Part shown: piece after piece, positions 35,966 through 45,235 of the stretch
Numbering within the stretch: the first letter of the stretch is position 1
Layout: every line of letters starts with the position of its first letter
Source of the DNA: Candidatus Nealsonbacteria bacterium
Lineage (GTDB): Bacteria > Patescibacteriota > Minisyncoccia > Minisyncoccales > CSSED10-335
Reading direction: 5' to 3'
NCBI GenBank assembly: GCA_003557585.1
Contig: PWOE01000113.1
Span: 1-45,744 of the forward strand
DNA: 45,744 bases
Notes under the pieces: model-generated
What the model was told of the DNA's origin: nothing
The model's input: the letters and a program-made list of their open reading frames with translations, nothing else
The model's database searches: none
Translations under genes and position numbers: made by a program

Positions 35966-36496
35966 TTAAATTGATTTTCTTCTAAAAACTTGTGATTTTG
36001 TCTTCTTTTCCTTCGTCTCTTTAACTTTATCAACTTTCTTTGCTCTTGCTGACTTCTCTTTCTCTTTCTTTCCTAAGCGAGTGTCTTCTTTTATCTCTTC
36101 AAGAGAAGCAACTTTCTTGGTAACTACCTTGTCTTTCTTTTTCTTCTTGGTTTCCCCTTTTTTCTCTATCTGGTCTAAAACAAGCGTTATATGCGATGTC
36201 TTCTTCTCTATTCTCGAAGCAGATCCCCTAGCTCTTGGCCGCCATCTTTTTAATTTAGGCGCCTCATCAATTGTAATCTTGGAGATATAAAGATTCTTTT
36301 CATCCCAACCCAAGTCATTTTTAGCGCTAGTTAATCCTGACTTCAAAAGCTTTAGCAAAGGTCCTGCTGATTTGTTAACGGTGAAGCTCAAAAGAGATTT
36401 TGCTCTTTCTGCGCCCTCTCCCCTTATCATGTCAGCTACTAGGCGTACCTTTCGAGGAGCTATTCTTATGTGTCTTGTCTTAACAGTGACTGTCAT
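35966..36496 (-). CDS. rplV: 50S ribosomal protein L22 (uL22) with a ~60-aa lysine-rich C-terminal extension
   Basis: The N-terminal ~115 aa are canonical (IRIAPRKVRLVADMIRG...RWRPRARGSASRIEKKTSHITLVL), followed by a K/E-rich tail. Confidence 0.93.
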   Translation of the reverse strand: MTVTVKTRHIRIAPRKVRLVADMIRGEGAERAKSLLSFTVNKSAGPLLKLLKSGLTSAKNDLGWDEKNLYISKITIDEAPKLKRWRPRARGSASRIEKKTSHITLVLDQIEKKGETKKKKKDKVVTKKVASLEEIKEDTRLGKKEKEKSARAKKVDKVKETKEKKTKSQVFRRKSI

Positions 36497-36509
36497 TTAT
36501 TTATCTTAT

Positions 36510-36800
36510 TTAACCTTTCTTTCTTTGATCTAATTCTTTTTGCATCTTACCACCATGCCTAACGAACTTTGTTGTCGGTGAAAACTCTCCTAATTTATGA
36601 CCGACCATATTTTCACTTACCTGAACTGGAATATGCTCTTTGCCATTATGAACACCAAAGGTGAAGCCTATCATTTCTGGAGTTATTGTTGAATTTCGGG
36701 CCCATGTCTTGATAGTTGTTTCGTCGCTTGGTTTCTTCCCTTTTATCTTTTTCAAAAGCTTTTCATCGACATAGGGTCCTTTTTTTAAACTTCTTGCCAT
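36510..36800 (-). CDS. rpsS: 30S ribosomal protein S19 (uS19)
   Basis: 96 aa. [17 protein letters not shown]...[28 protein letters not shown]. Confidence 0.96.
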   Translation of the reverse strand: MARSLKKGPYVDEKLLKKIKGKKPSDETTIKTWARNSTITPEMIGFTFGVHNGKEHIPVQVSENMVGHKLGEFSPTTKFVRHGGKMQKELDQRKKG

Positions 36801-36814
36801 ATTATTTAATCAAT

Positions 36815-37264
36815 TTATCTTCTTTTTTTTCTTCTTCTTTTAATAATCATCCTGTTGGTGTTTTTTCTCTTTCTTGTCTTGACCCCTCGCGCAATCTTGC
36901 CCCAAGGAGTTTTAGGATGCTTCAAACCGATTGGAGCCTTGCCTTCTCCTCCTCCGTGTGGATGGTCAACTGGATTCATCGCTGAGCCCCTAACTGTTGG
37001 CCTTCTCCCCATTCTTCTTGCAGTTCCAGCATTCTTAATCTTCTTGTATCTATGTTCGGGATTTGAAACTGAACCGACAGAAGCAAAGCAGTTCTTGTGA
37101 ATCTTTCTTACCTCTTTTGAAGGCATTTCCAGTGTAACATATTTGCCCTCTAAAGATAGAACTTTGGCTGAAGAGCCGGCAGATCTCACAAGGCCACCTC
37201 TTCTTTCTGGCTCAATTTGAATATTGTAAACTTCGGTGCCAACTGGAATATGCTTTATTCTCAT
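36815..37264 (-). CDS. rplB: 50S ribosomal protein L2 (uL2), C-terminal part, downstream of an in-frame TAA
   Basis: 149 aa. IPVGTEVYNIQIEPERRGGLVRSAGSSA, PTVRGSAMNPVDHPHGGGEG. In the same frame as ORF 37283..37597, separated from it by TAA plus 6 codons (IKPGNR). Confidence 0.85.
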   Translation of the reverse strand: MRIKHIPVGTEVYNIQIEPERRGGLVRSAGSSAKVLSLEGKYVTLEMPSKEVRKIHKNCFASVGSVSNPEHRYKKIKNAGTARRMGRRPTVRGSAMNPVDHPHGGGEGKAPIGLKHPKTPWGKIARGVKTRKRKNTNRMIIKRRRKKRR

Positions 37265-37282
37265 TCTGTTGCCTGGCTTTAT

Positions 37283-37597
37283 TTATGCTTTCTCTGAAGC
37301 AACCACCTGGTCATCTTCTTTGACTCCTTGCGGAGCAAGGATATAGCTTTTCTTGCCATCTGGATACTCGACTAAGGCGATATATGCTGTGCGATATGGG
37401 TCATACTCGAAATGAATAATCTTAGCTGGTTCATCTAATCTATTTCTGCTGAAATCAACCAGTCGATACTTTCTTTTAGCTCCGCCTCCTTTATGCCTAA
37501 CCGTAATCCTGCCTGAGCTTCCTCGCCCAGCATTTCTTTTTAAGCTAACAAGTAGCTTTTTTTGCGGCTTCTTTTTTGATAATGTTTGTTTAGCCAT
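37283..37597 (-). CDS. rplB: 50S ribosomal protein L2 (uL2), N-terminal part, ends at a premature in-frame TAA
   Basis: 104 aa. [52 protein letters not shown]. Stop at 37283-37285. Confidence 0.85.
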   Translation of the reverse strand: MAKQTLSKKKPQKKLLVSLKRNAGRGSSGRITVRHKGGGAKRKYRLVDFSRNRLDEPAKIIHFEYDPYRTAYIALVEYPDGKKSYILAPQGVKEDDQVVASEKA

Positions 37598-37609
37598 GAT
37601 TAATCGTCT

Positions 37610-37639
37610 ATTTTAAGCATAAAAACGGGAAATAGTCAA
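37610..37639 (-). promoter_or_regulatory. possible internal promoter in the rplW-rplB spacer
   Basis: Minus strand: TTGACT (37634-37639), 18 nt, TAAAAT (37610-37615), then 12 nt to the rplB ATG (37597). The spacer is suboptimal and the context AT-rich, so this is tentative. Confidence 0.3.
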
Positions 37640-37645
37640 AAAAAG

Positions 37646-38032
37646 CTAGCTTGGATAGACATCTATCTTTTCTCCTTTTTTAATTTCAACAATCGCTTTC
37701 TTGAATCCCTTTTTCCATCCCTGATATCTTCCAAGTCTCTTTCTCTTCTTGGGAATATTTATAATATTAACATTAACAACTTTTGTTTTGTAAATTTCTT
37801 CTACTGCCTTCTTAATCTCAGTCTTATTGGCTTCATCAGAGACAACAAATATATATTTATTCTCTTCGTTTAGTTTAGTTGCTTTCTCGCTAATGTATGG
37901 ATACTTAAGTTGTCGCCAAGCCATTAACGACTTTCCCTTTGCCTTTTTAGGTGAAACATTTAAAGGCTCGCTCTTCTTGGGAGCTTCCTTTTTCTTCGCC
38001 TCTTCCTTTTTTTTGAAAATATTTATTGCCAT
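37646..38032 (-). CDS. rplW: 50S ribosomal protein L23 (uL23) with a ~35-aa lysine-rich N-terminal extension
   Basis: 128 aa. Core YPYISEKATKL...FVVSDEANKTEIKKAVEEIYKTKVVNVNI. The start sits 6 nt after the rplD stop, which supports the extension. Confidence 0.9.
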   Translation of the reverse strand: MAINIFKKKEEAKKKEAPKKSEPLNVSPKKAKGKSLMAWRQLKYPYISEKATKLNEENKYIFVVSDEANKTEIKKAVEEIYKTKVVNVNIINIPKKRKRLGRYQGWKKGFKKAIVEIKKGEKIDVYPS

Positions 38033-38038
38033 ATCTTA

Positions 38039-38665
38039 TTAAACAAAAGTTTCTTCAATTACCTTAATTGCATCTTCAGCAATAATCAGATTTTTAAAAC
38101 TCAGTAAATCAAGTGGATTGATATTCTTAACAGGTATCGTCTCTATTTCTGGAATGTTTCTTGAAGCTAAAACAAGGTTTCTGTTTGGATGACAGAAAAC
38201 AATTAAGGCTTTCTTTTTATCAAAAGGGAGCTTATTTAAGATCTCACTAACGATAGATGTTTTTGATTTGTCTATTTTCAAGCTATCGATAAAAAGAATT
38301 TCATTGTCTTTTAATTTTCCTGACAGTGTCATCAAGAGAGCTTTTCTTCTCATCTCTTTGGGCACCCTTTTCTTGTATATCTTCTCATTTCTAGGGCCGA
38401 AAGTAACACCTCCCCCTTTCCAGATAGGAGAGCGAGTTGATCCATGTCTAGCTCTTCCTGTTCCTTTTTGTCGCCATGGCTTTCTACCTCCCCCTCTAAC
38501 CTCACTTCTGTCTTTGGTATGAGCGTTAACTTGTCTCTTGTTAGCCATTTGAGAAACAGTGACTTGATGAACTAAATCGTCGTTAACAGAAAGACCAAAA
38601 ATAGACTTTGGTAAATCGATCTTTTTAACTTCTTTCCCTTCTTGATTGTAGACTGGTGCTTTCAT
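38039..38665 (-). CDS. rplD: 50S ribosomal protein L4 (uL4)
   Basis: 208 aa. RSEVRGGGRKPWRQKGTGRARHGSTRSPIWKGGGVTFGP. Confidence 0.96.
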   Translation of the reverse strand: MKAPVYNQEGKEVKKIDLPKSIFGLSVNDDLVHQVTVSQMANKRQVNAHTKDRSEVRGGGRKPWRQKGTGRARHGSTRSPIWKGGGVTFGPRNEKIYKKRVPKEMRRKALLMTLSGKLKDNEILFIDSLKIDKSKTSIVSEILNKLPFDKKKALIVFCHPNRNLVLASRNIPEIETIPVKNINPLDLLSFKNLIIAEDAIKVIEETFV

Positions 38666-38667
38666 CT

Positions 38668-39258
38668 TTAATTTTGTGCCTTAATTTCAAGAAGGGTTCC
38701 CCTTCTTCCAGGAACCGCTCCTTTAATTGCTATAATATTTTTTTCAGAATCAACGCTGATTACTTTGAGATTCTTAATGGTTGTTCTATCTGATCCCATC
38801 CTTCCTGGCATCTTTCTACCTTTAATCACTCTTTGAGGATATGCGCTTCCAATTGAACCAATCTTTCTCTCGTTGTGTTTGGTTCCATGGGTAGCATCAG
38901 CGCCAGAGAAACCCCACCTCTTTACTCCTCCTTGAAATCCCTTGCCCTTAGATATACCTGAAATCTTAATTAAATCTCCTTCTTGAAAAATTGAGACATC
39001 AATCGTGTCTCCTAATTTGTACTCTTTATCCAAAGAAAACTCTCTGATATGTTTAAAGTGTTTTCCTTTAGCAGGTTTCTTTTGTAGTTTCTCTTTAGTT
39101 ATCTCACCAAATCCAACTTGAACTGCCTCATAGCCATCCTTTTCAAGGCTTTTTATCTGCAGAACTTTGCACGGACCAGCCATTACTAAAGTCACTGGAA
39201 TAGATTCTCCATCTTTAAAAACTCTCGTCATTGATATCTTTTTTCCTAGAATAAACAT
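38668..39258 (-). CDS. rplC: 50S ribosomal protein L3 (uL3)
   Basis: Canonical N-terminus MFILGKKISMTRVF at ATG 39258. GKGFQGGVKRWGF and GRMGSDRTT. The track ORF extension to 39357 runs through a structured spacer and overlaps rpsJ. Confidence 0.93.
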   Translation of the reverse strand: MFILGKKISMTRVFKDGESIPVTLVMAGPCKVLQIKSLEKDGYEAVQVGFGEITKEKLQKKPAKGKHFKHIREFSLDKEYKLGDTIDVSIFQEGDLIKISGISKGKGFQGGVKRWGFSGADATHGTKHNERKIGSIGSAYPQRVIKGRKMPGRMGSDRTTIKNLKVISVDSEKNIIAIKGAVPGRRGTLLEIKAQN

Positions 39259-39273
39259 GATTTTTAAGATAGG

Positions 39274-39296
39274 TAAAAGCCGGGTACAGCCCGGCT
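39274..39296 (-). promoter_or_regulatory. GC-rich stem-loop plus U-tract (attenuator/terminator-like) in the rpsJ-rplC spacer
   Basis: Minus-strand RNA AGCCGGG-CUGUA-CCCGGCU (perfect 7-bp stem, 39278-39296) followed by UUUACC. Lies in an 82-nt gap, whereas most gaps in this operon are 2-15 nt. Confidence 0.4.
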
Positions 39297-39340
39297 CTTG
39301 TGTCCATAGCTGATTTCTCGTTAAAAAGTCCGGGTAAAAA

Positions 39341-39676
39341 TTACATTTTAATTTCAATATCCACGCCTGCGGGCAAAGTCAGATTCATTAAGGCATCAAT
39401 CACTTTTGGATTTGGATTAACAATGTCAATCAATCTCTTGTGAGTCCTTATTTCGAATTGCTCCTTTGATTTGTTGTGAACAAAAGAAGATCTGTTTACA
39501 GTATATTTCTTGGTCTCTGTTGGCAAAGGAACCGGTCCCGCAACATCGCTGCCATAACGCATCACAGTCTCCACTATCTGTCTCGAACTGTTGTCTATGA
39601 CCTTGTTATCATATCCTTTAAGCTTGATATGAATTCTGCTCTTTAAATCCTCTTTAGTTTTCTTTTTTGCAGGCAT
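39341..39676 (-). CDS. rpsJ: 30S ribosomal protein S10 (uS10)
   Basis: 111 aa. [23 protein letters not shown]...GPVPLPTE...[12 protein letters not shown]. Confidence 0.96.
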   Translation of the reverse strand: MPAKKKTKEDLKSRIHIKLKGYDNKVIDNSSRQIVETVMRYGSDVAGPVPLPTETKKYTVNRSSFVHNKSKEQFEIRTHKRLIDIVNPNPKVIDALMNLTLPAGVDIEIKM

Positions 39677-39683
39677 CTATCCT

Positions 39684-40883
39684 CTATTTAATTATCTTTG
39701 TTACTACTCCAGCTCCAACTGTCTTGCCACCTTCTCTAACAGCAAATCTTTGCTTTTCTTCCAGTGCAATAGGAGCAATCAACTTAACCTTAACATTAAC
39801 AGTATCTCCGGGCATAACCATCTCTTTGCCTTCTGAAAGAGTCACTTCTGATGTTACATCAGTTGTTCTGAAATAGAATTGAGGCTTGTAACCACTGAAG
39901 AATGGTGTGTGTCTACCTCCTTCTTCTTTGGTAAGAATGTAAACCTCTGCTTCAAATTCAGTATGAGGAGTAACTGACCCAGGCTTAGCTAGAACTTGCC
40001 CTCTCTCGAGGTCCTCTTTCTTGAGACCTCTTAAAAGAATGCCTACATTATCTCCAGCTCTTCCTTGATCTAAGATTTTATTAAACATCTCAACACTGAC
40101 AACAGTCGTCTTGCTTGTCGGCCTAATTCCAACAATCTCTATCTCTTCATTTGAATTAACAATTCCTCTTTCAATTCTACCAGTAGCGACTGTTCCTCTT
40201 CCAGCAATTGAAAAGACATCTTCAATTCCCATGAGGAATGGCTTGTCAACGTCTCTTTCAGGTTCTGGAATATACTCGTCTAAAGCTTTAACCAATTCCA
40301 TTATTGGATTGATGGCTTCATCGTCTGCTGATTTTGCTTCAGTCGCCTTTAAGGCTGAGCCCTTGATAACTGGAATCTCATCTCCTGGATAATCATACTT
40401 CTTGAGAAGCTCTCTGATTTCAGACTCAACTAAATCAACCATCTCTGGATCGTCTACCATATCAACTTTATTAATAAAGACGACTAAAGATGGTAGGCCA
40501 ACCTGACGAGCTAAAAGAATATGCTCTCTGGTCTGAGGCATCGGTCCATCAACAGCAGAGACGACCAGAATAGCTCCATCCATTTGAGCTGCTCCGGTAA
40601 TCATATTTTTAATGTAATCTGCATGTCCTGGACAATCGATATGAGCATAATGCCTATTTTCAGTTTCATACTCTAGATGAGAAATTGAGATGGTTAATCC
40701 TCTCGCCTTTTCTTCTGGAGCAGAATCAATCTGGTCAATTGTCTTTTGTGAACCTCCAAATCCTTTAAGACTTAAAGAGTTCAAGATAGCCGCAGTTAAA
40801 GTTGTCTTACCATGATCTACGTGACCAATGGTTCCGACATTAACGTGAGGCTTTGATCTTTCAAATTTTTCTTTTTCAGCCAT
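39684..40883 (-). CDS. tuf: elongation factor Tu
   Basis: 399 aa. [25 protein letters not shown] and SALK G-motifs. Confidence 0.98.
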   Translation of the reverse strand: MAEKEKFERSKPHVNVGTIGHVDHGKTTLTAAILNSLSLKGFGGSQKTIDQIDSAPEEKARGLTISISHLEYETENRHYAHIDCPGHADYIKNMITGAAQMDGAILVVSAVDGPMPQTREHILLARQVGLPSLVVFINKVDMVDDPEMVDLVESEIRELLKKYDYPGDEIPVIKGSALKATEAKSADDEAINPIMELVKALDEYIPEPERDVDKPFLMGIEDVFSIAGRGTVATGRIERGIVNSNEEIEIVGIRPTSKTTVVSVEMFNKILDQGRAGDNVGILLRGLKKEDLERGQVLAKPGSVTPHTEFEAEVYILTKEEGGRHTPFFSGYKPQFYFRTTDVTSEVTLSEGKEMVMPGDTVNVKVKLIAPIALEEKQRFAVREGGKTVGAGVVTKIIK

Positions 40884-40972
40884 AAATTTTTAAAACTAAA
40901 AGATTTTAAGTTAATTTCTCTTAGTTTAATTATTTTCTAATTATTTTTAATAAGATTTAACGCTTAAGTTAT

Positions 40973-41000
40973 ATTCTATTTAATTTTGAAAAAAAGTCAA
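40973..41000 (-). promoter_or_regulatory. possible internal promoter for tuf in the fusA-tuf spacer
   Basis: Minus strand: TTGACT (40995-41000), 16 nt, TAGAAT (40973-40978). 126-nt AT-rich gap. The leader would be ~85 nt. Confidence 0.3.
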
Positions 41001-41009
41001 TCCGATTAA

Positions 41010-43118
41010 TTATCTTTTTTTGCCTTCTATAATCTCTTGCGATACATTAACAGGAATCTCCTCATAATTATCAAATTCCATTGTGAAATTACCTCGACCC
41101 TCGGTCATTGACCTTAAAGACGTCACATAGCCGAACATCTCAGATAAAGGAACTCGAGCTTTAACCACTTTCATACCTGCCACCTCTTCGGTCTCCTCTA
41201 TTTTGCCTCTTCTTGATGACAAGTCTCCAATAACATCTCCTAGAAAATCTGTCGGTATTGTAACTTCAATTTTCATAATTGGCTCTAAAAGAATCGGTTT
41301 AGCTCTCTTGCAAGCATCTTGAAACGCTAAAGATCCGGCAATCTTAAAGGCCATCTCTGATGAATCGACTTCATGGAAAGAGCCATCATAAAGGGTTACC
41401 TTGAGATCTGATATCGGATAACCCGCCAAAACACCCTTGTCGCTAGCTTCTTTAATGCCTTTTTCAACAGCAGGAATATATTCTTTAGGTATAATTCCTC
41501 CTTTAATCTCGTCAACAAACTCAAGACCCTCGCCTTCCTCTTTTGGCTCAACTTTCAGCCAAACGTGTCCATATTGACCTCTTCCTCCACTCTGCTTGAC
41601 ATATTTACTTTCAGCTTCGGCGGACGCCTTTATCGTCTCTCTGTAAGCTACTTGGGGCCTACCGACTTGAGCTTCAACACTAAACTCTCTCTTCATTCTG
41701 TCAACTAATATCTCTAAGTGAAGCTCACCCATTCCTGAGATAACCGTCTCTCCAGTCTCCATATCAGATTTGATTTTGAAAGTTGGGTCTTCGTCAGCTA
41801 ATTTCTTTAAAGCTAGCCCCATCTTTTCTTGGTCAGCCTTGGTCTTGGGCTCAATTCTGATTGAGATAACTGGCTCTGGGAAAGTAATCTCTTCCAAGAT
41901 AATAGGCGCTGATTCATCGCAGAGAGTGTGCCCTGTTGATGTGTTTTTTAATCCAACCGTTGCTGCAATGTCTCCAGCAAAAACTTCTTTAACTTCTTCT
42001 CTTTCAGAAGAATGCATTCTTAAAATCCGACTAATTCTCTCTTTTTCTCCAGTTGTTGAATTCAAAACATATGAACCAGTCTGAATGCTACCAGAATATA
42101 CTCGGAAATAGGTTAATGTTCCGACATAAGGATCTGTCGCAATCTTGAAAGATAGGGCTGAGAACTTTTCCTCATCATCGGCTTTTCTTGTCGCTATCTC
42201 GTCATTTTTAGGATTTCTGCCTTCAATTGGTGGTAAGTCTATTGGTGACGGAAAGAAATAACAGATAGCATCAAGTAATAATTGAACTCCCTTATTCTTA
42301 AGTGCTGAGCCACACAGAACTGGAACCAGCTTATAATCTAAAACTGCTTTTCTTAAGGTTTTAATTATCTCTTCTTTAGTAATCTCCTGCTTTTCTAGAT
42401 ACTTCTCAAACAAAAGGTCATCTTCTGCAACAACTTTTTCTAAGAGATCCTTGTGCCACTTTTCAGCTTTCTCTTTCATCTCTTCGGGTATCTCTGAATA
42501 CTCCATCTTTTCACCAAAATCTCCTTCAAAAGTAATCATCTTCATCTCTAAAAGATCAATTATTCCCTTGAAATCATCTTCTAAACCAACTGGAATCTGT
42601 AAGGCAACTGTTTTTGTAGTTAATTTGTTGTTAATGGAGTCTAGAGCAAACTCAAAAGATGCTCCTATTCGATCAAGCTTATTGATAAAACAGATTCTGG
42701 GAATCATGAATTTATCAGCTTGACGCCAAACTGTTTCTGATTGAGGTTGAACTCCAGAAACACCTTCAAAAACGACAACTGCACCATCAAGGACTCTTAA
42801 TGATCTTTGAACTTCTGCTGTAAAATCGATATGACCTGGAGTATCTATGATATTAATTCTATGCTCGTTGTCTTTGATTCTCTCTCCATCGCTTGCAGGA
42901 GGCATCCAAAAACAAGTCGTTGCCGCTGATGTAATAGTGATTCCTCTTTCTCTTTCTTGATCCATCCAGTCCATAATTGCTTGCCCACTATGAACTTCTC
43001 CCATCTTGTGGGAAATTCCAGTATAAAAAAGGATTCTCTCAGAAACGGTAGTTTTGCCTGCATCGATATGGGCAATAATTCCGATATTTCTATATTTTTT
43101 TATAGGATAAAGTCTCAT
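41010..43118 (-). CDS. fusA: elongation factor G
   Basis: 702 aa. [21 protein letters not shown]. Domain IV and V motifs ([12 protein letters not shown]). Confidence 0.98.
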   Translation of the reverse strand: MRLYPIKKYRNIGIIAHIDAGKTTVSERILFYTGISHKMGEVHSGQAIMDWMDQERERGITITSAATTCFWMPPASDGERIKDNEHRINIIDTPGHIDFTAEVQRSLRVLDGAVVVFEGVSGVQPQSETVWRQADKFMIPRICFINKLDRIGASFEFALDSINNKLTTKTVALQIPVGLEDDFKGIIDLLEMKMITFEGDFGEKMEYSEIPEEMKEKAEKWHKDLLEKVVAEDDLLFEKYLEKQEITKEEIIKTLRKAVLDYKLVPVLCGSALKNKGVQLLLDAICYFFPSPIDLPPIEGRNPKNDEIATRKADDEEKFSALSFKIATDPYVGTLTYFRVYSGSIQTGSYVLNSTTGEKERISRILRMHSSEREEVKEVFAGDIAATVGLKNTSTGHTLCDESAPIILEEITFPEPVISIRIEPKTKADQEKMGLALKKLADEDPTFKIKSDMETGETVISGMGELHLEILVDRMKREFSVEAQVGRPQVAYRETIKASAEAESKYVKQSGGRGQYGHVWLKVEPKEEGEGLEFVDEIKGGIIPKEYIPAVEKGIKEASDKGVLAGYPISDLKVTLYDGSFHEVDSSEMAFKIAGSLAFQDACKRAKPILLEPIMKIEVTIPTDFLGDVIGDLSSRRGKIEETEEVAGMKVVKARVPLSEMFGYVTSLRSMTEGRGNFTMEFDNYEEIPVNVSQEIIEGKKR

Positions 43119-43141
43119 AAATCAATTTATGTCAAGCGGTC

Positions 43142-43612
43142 TTACCAAGCAAAATGAGCAAAAGCTTTGTTGGCTTCAGCCATTCTGTGGATTTCTTCTT
43201 TTTTCTTTACTGCTGCCCCTGTATTTTCAGAAGCATTTATAATCTCCTCAGCCAATCTATCTTGCATAGGTTTGTTCTTCTTGGTTCGCGCAGACAAGAC
43301 AAGCCATCTCATCGCCAAACTCATCCTTCTCTCTTTGGCAACAGGGATTGGAACTTGGTAGATTGCTCCTCCGATTCTCCTAGACCGAACTTCCATGTTA
43401 GGTCCAATATTGTCTAAAGCCTTTTCAAAGATCTCTACCGGATCGCTCTTCTTTTTTTCACTTACTTGCTCTAGAGCTTGATAGAGAATCTTTCTAGCTA
43501 TAGATTTCTTGCCTTTTCTCATTATATGATTGACGAACTTAGCAACAACAACGTTGCCATATAATGGATCAGGTTGAATTTCATGTTTTGTAATTTTTCC
43601 TTTAGCGGCCAT
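43142..43612 (-). CDS. rpsG: 30S ribosomal protein S7 (uS7)
   Basis: 156 aa. DPLYGNVVVAKFVNHIMRKGKKSIA...MEVRSRRIGGAIYQVP...AFAHFAW. Confidence 0.96.
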   Translation of the reverse strand: MAAKGKITKHEIQPDPLYGNVVVAKFVNHIMRKGKKSIARKILYQALEQVSEKKKSDPVEIFEKALDNIGPNMEVRSRRIGGAIYQVPIPVAKERRMSLAMRWLVLSARTKKNKPMQDRLAEEIINASENTGAAVKKKEEIHRMAEANKAFAHFAW

Positions 43613-43629
43613 ATTCTAACGATTAAATA

Positions 43630-44046
43630 CTATGATTTTTTCTCTTTTTTAGTTCCATATCTGCTTCTGCTTCTCTTTCTGCCCTCAACTCCAGCTGCAT
43701 CCAAAACACCCCTAACAACTTGATAACGAACACCGGCTAGGTCTTTAACTCTACCTCCTCTAATCATGACCACTGAATGCTCCTGAAGGTTGTGGCCGAT
43801 GCCTGGGATATATGCTGTTGTTTCCATGCCATTGCTAAGACGAACCCTGGCTACTTTTCTTAGAGCTGAGTTTGGCTTCTTCGGTGTTGTTGTAAAGACC
43901 TTTAAACAAACCCCTCTCTTGAATGGTGAGTTGTAATAAGAAGGTCTGTTTTTTAAACTATTGAAACCAAAAGAAAGAGCTGGCGACTTTTTCCGCTTTT
44001 CAATCTTTTTCCTTCCCTTTCTTATAATTTGATTAATTGTTGGCAT
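43630..44046 (-). CDS. rpsL: 30S ribosomal protein S12 (uS12)
   Basis: 138 aa. [31 protein letters not shown] and [12 protein letters not shown]. Confidence 0.96.
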   Translation of the reverse strand: MPTINQIIRKGRKKIEKRKKSPALSFGFNSLKNRPSYYNSPFKRGVCLKVFTTTPKKPNSALRKVARVRLSNGMETTAYIPGIGHNLQEHSVVMIRGGRVKDLAGVRYQVVRGVLDAAGVEGRKRSRSRYGTKKEKKS

Positions 44047-44074
44047 CTTTAAATATAAAAGAATAAAAATAATT

Positions 44075-44125
44075 AAGCGCCCTGCGCTTACAAAGACATA
44101 TTACAAAAATAGACTGAAATGTCAA
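44075..44125 (-). promoter_or_regulatory. sigma70-like promoter and 5'-leader hairpin of the str/ribosomal super-operon
   Basis: Minus strand: TTGACA (44120-44125), 16 nt, TAATAT (44098-44103). The leader contains hairpin AAGCGC-AGG-GCGCTT (44075-44089). About 45-nt AT-rich leader with no SD before the rpsL ATG (44046). Confidence 0.45.
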
Positions 44126-44133
44126 CCCTGATA

Positions 44134-44829
44134 TTATATCCCAGCGATTAATCTGAATAATATGAAAACTAACTGAAAAACAATCGGTAATAAAAGATAA
44201 ATCGCAAGAAATATCAAAGGAATCGCCGCTATGCCCAATCTAGGATAAATCTCCTTGAACTTATATTCAATTTTAGGAAAAAAAGTAAAAAGGATATGTG
44301 AACCGTCTAACGGTGGTATCGGCATTAAATTGAAAATTGCTAAAAGAACATTAATAAAGATGATAACCAAGAAAAGGAAAAATGCTAGCCCCCAAAAACC
44401 GCTCTCGGCAAGAGCTTCTGGCATTCTAAATTCAGATAGATATCTTAAAAAAGATTGAAAAACTGAAGCCTTGCCCTCATAGCTAAGAGGAATAAATCTA
44501 GCTATAATGCCAAAGAAAGAAGCTACTATAAGGTTGGAACCTGGGCCAGCGGCAGCTACTTTTAATGAACCATATTTCTGATCCTTGAAGTTGTAAGGAT
44601 TCACTGGTACTGGTTTTGCCCAGCCAAAGATAAATCTAGTAGGAAAGATAATGCAGATTAAAGGCACGATAAAGGAACCCATAAAATCTAAGTGACGTAA
44701 AGGATTAAGGGTAAGTCTGCCGGCATATCTTGCCGTTGGGTCACCCAAAGAATCAGCAACGCTGCCATGGGCAACCTCATGAATAATAATTGAGAATATT
44801 AAAATAGTTAATAGAAAGATAATTTCCAT
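44134..44829 (-). CDS. site-2 protease family (M50) zinc metalloprotease, no PDZ
   Basis: 231 aa, polytopic. HEVAHG (HExxH) and NLMPIPPLDGSH motifs. Confidence 0.85.
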   Translation of the reverse strand: MEIIFLLTILIFSIIIHEVAHGSVADSLGDPTARYAGRLTLNPLRHLDFMGSFIVPLICIIFPTRFIFGWAKPVPVNPYNFKDQKYGSLKVAAAGPGSNLIVASFFGIIARFIPLSYEGKASVFQSFLRYLSEFRMPEALAESGFWGLAFFLFLVIIFINVLLAIFNLMPIPPLDGSHILFTFFPKIEYKFKEIYPRLGIAAIPLIFLAIYLLLPIVFQLVFILFRLIAGI

Positions 44830-44837
44830 TAATTTCT

Positions 44838-44866
44838 ATAGTAGCACACCATTTAATGCTTGTAAA
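44838..44866 (-). promoter_or_regulatory. sigma70-like promoter (extended -10) for the M50 protease gene, near-leaderless
   Basis: Minus strand: TTTACA (44861-44866), 17 nt, TGC-TACTAT (-10 at 44838-44843), then 8 nt to the ATG (44829). Confidence 0.45.
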
Positions 44867-44933
44867 AATAGCCTTTTAGTGATATACCTTTCGTACGATA
44901 TCAAAAATAATAAACAATAGATACTTTAAAAAG

Positions 44934-45152
44934 ATGCCTAAACAATGCGCAATTTGCGAAAAAAAGTCGGTAATGTCAAGACAGAGAAAAAAGTTGATGT
45001 CAAAATATAATCCGACTCCTAAAAAAAGGAAGTATGCCAATTTGCAAAATCTCACTGTTCCTCAAGACACAAAAAAAGCAAAATACAAAGAATTTGCCGG
45101 GCAAAAGATAGTTGCCTGCACTAAGTGTATCAAGGCTTTAAGCAAGAGCTAG
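44934..45152 (+). CDS. rpmB: 50S ribosomal protein L28 (bL28), Cys-containing form
   Basis: 72 aa. MPKQCAICEKK...YANLQ...IVACTKCIKAL resembles zinc-type L28. Confidence 0.8.
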   Translation: MPKQCAICEKKSVMSRQRKKLMSKYNPTPKKRKYANLQNLTVPQDTKKAKYKEFAGQKIVACTKCIKALSKS

Positions 45153-45157
45153 ACAAG

Positions 45158-45229
45158 CGGGGCGTAGTATAGTGGTTATTATTCCGGGCTGGGGGTCCGG
45201 TGACTCCGGTTCAATTCCGGGCGCCCCGA
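45158..45229 (+). tRNA. tRNA-Pro (anticodon GGG)
   Basis: CGGGGCG/TA/GTAT-AGTGGTTA-TTAT/T/CCGGG-CTGGGGG-TCCGG/TGAC/TCCGG-TTCAATT-CCGGG/CGCCCCG/A. C1-G72 and A73 are typical of bacterial tRNA-Pro. G37. No encoded CCA. Confidence 0.88.
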
Positions 45230-45235
45230 ATTTTG

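Noticed and set aside
36815-37597. Global reassignment of TAA (an alternative genetic code) as the explanation for the in-frame stop in rplB. I also considered UGA recoding, as in some CPR lineages.
   Set aside because: Many conserved genes here terminate with TAA at the expected C-terminus (rpmJ, rpsJ, rpsD, thyA, dcd), and gatB ends with TGA. All long conserved ORFs are full length under the standard code.
39259-39357. N-terminal extensions of the track ORFs for rplC (to 39357), rplF (to 32640), rplR (to 32090), thyA (to 3762), folA (to 2729), rpoA (to 20522), rplX (to 34094) and infA (to 22383), and the first 22 codons of the ORF at 8088..8381.
   Set aside because: The extensions overlap the upstream gene or tRNA-Asp by 17-59 nt, and several begin at TTG. 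Canonical family N-termini begin at internal ATG or GTG codons that leave 1-10 nt gaps. The exception is rplX, where the start remains uncertain.
222-43417. Dozens of 60-140-aa plus-strand ORFs in the track, for example 1731..2084, 16545..16901, 18553..18978, 28926..29324 and 41770..42084.
   Set aside because: All lie antisense inside well-supported minus-strand genes. Their S/L/F/I-rich low-complexity translations mirror K/E-rich coding sequence on the other strand. They have no start signals and are shadow ORFs.
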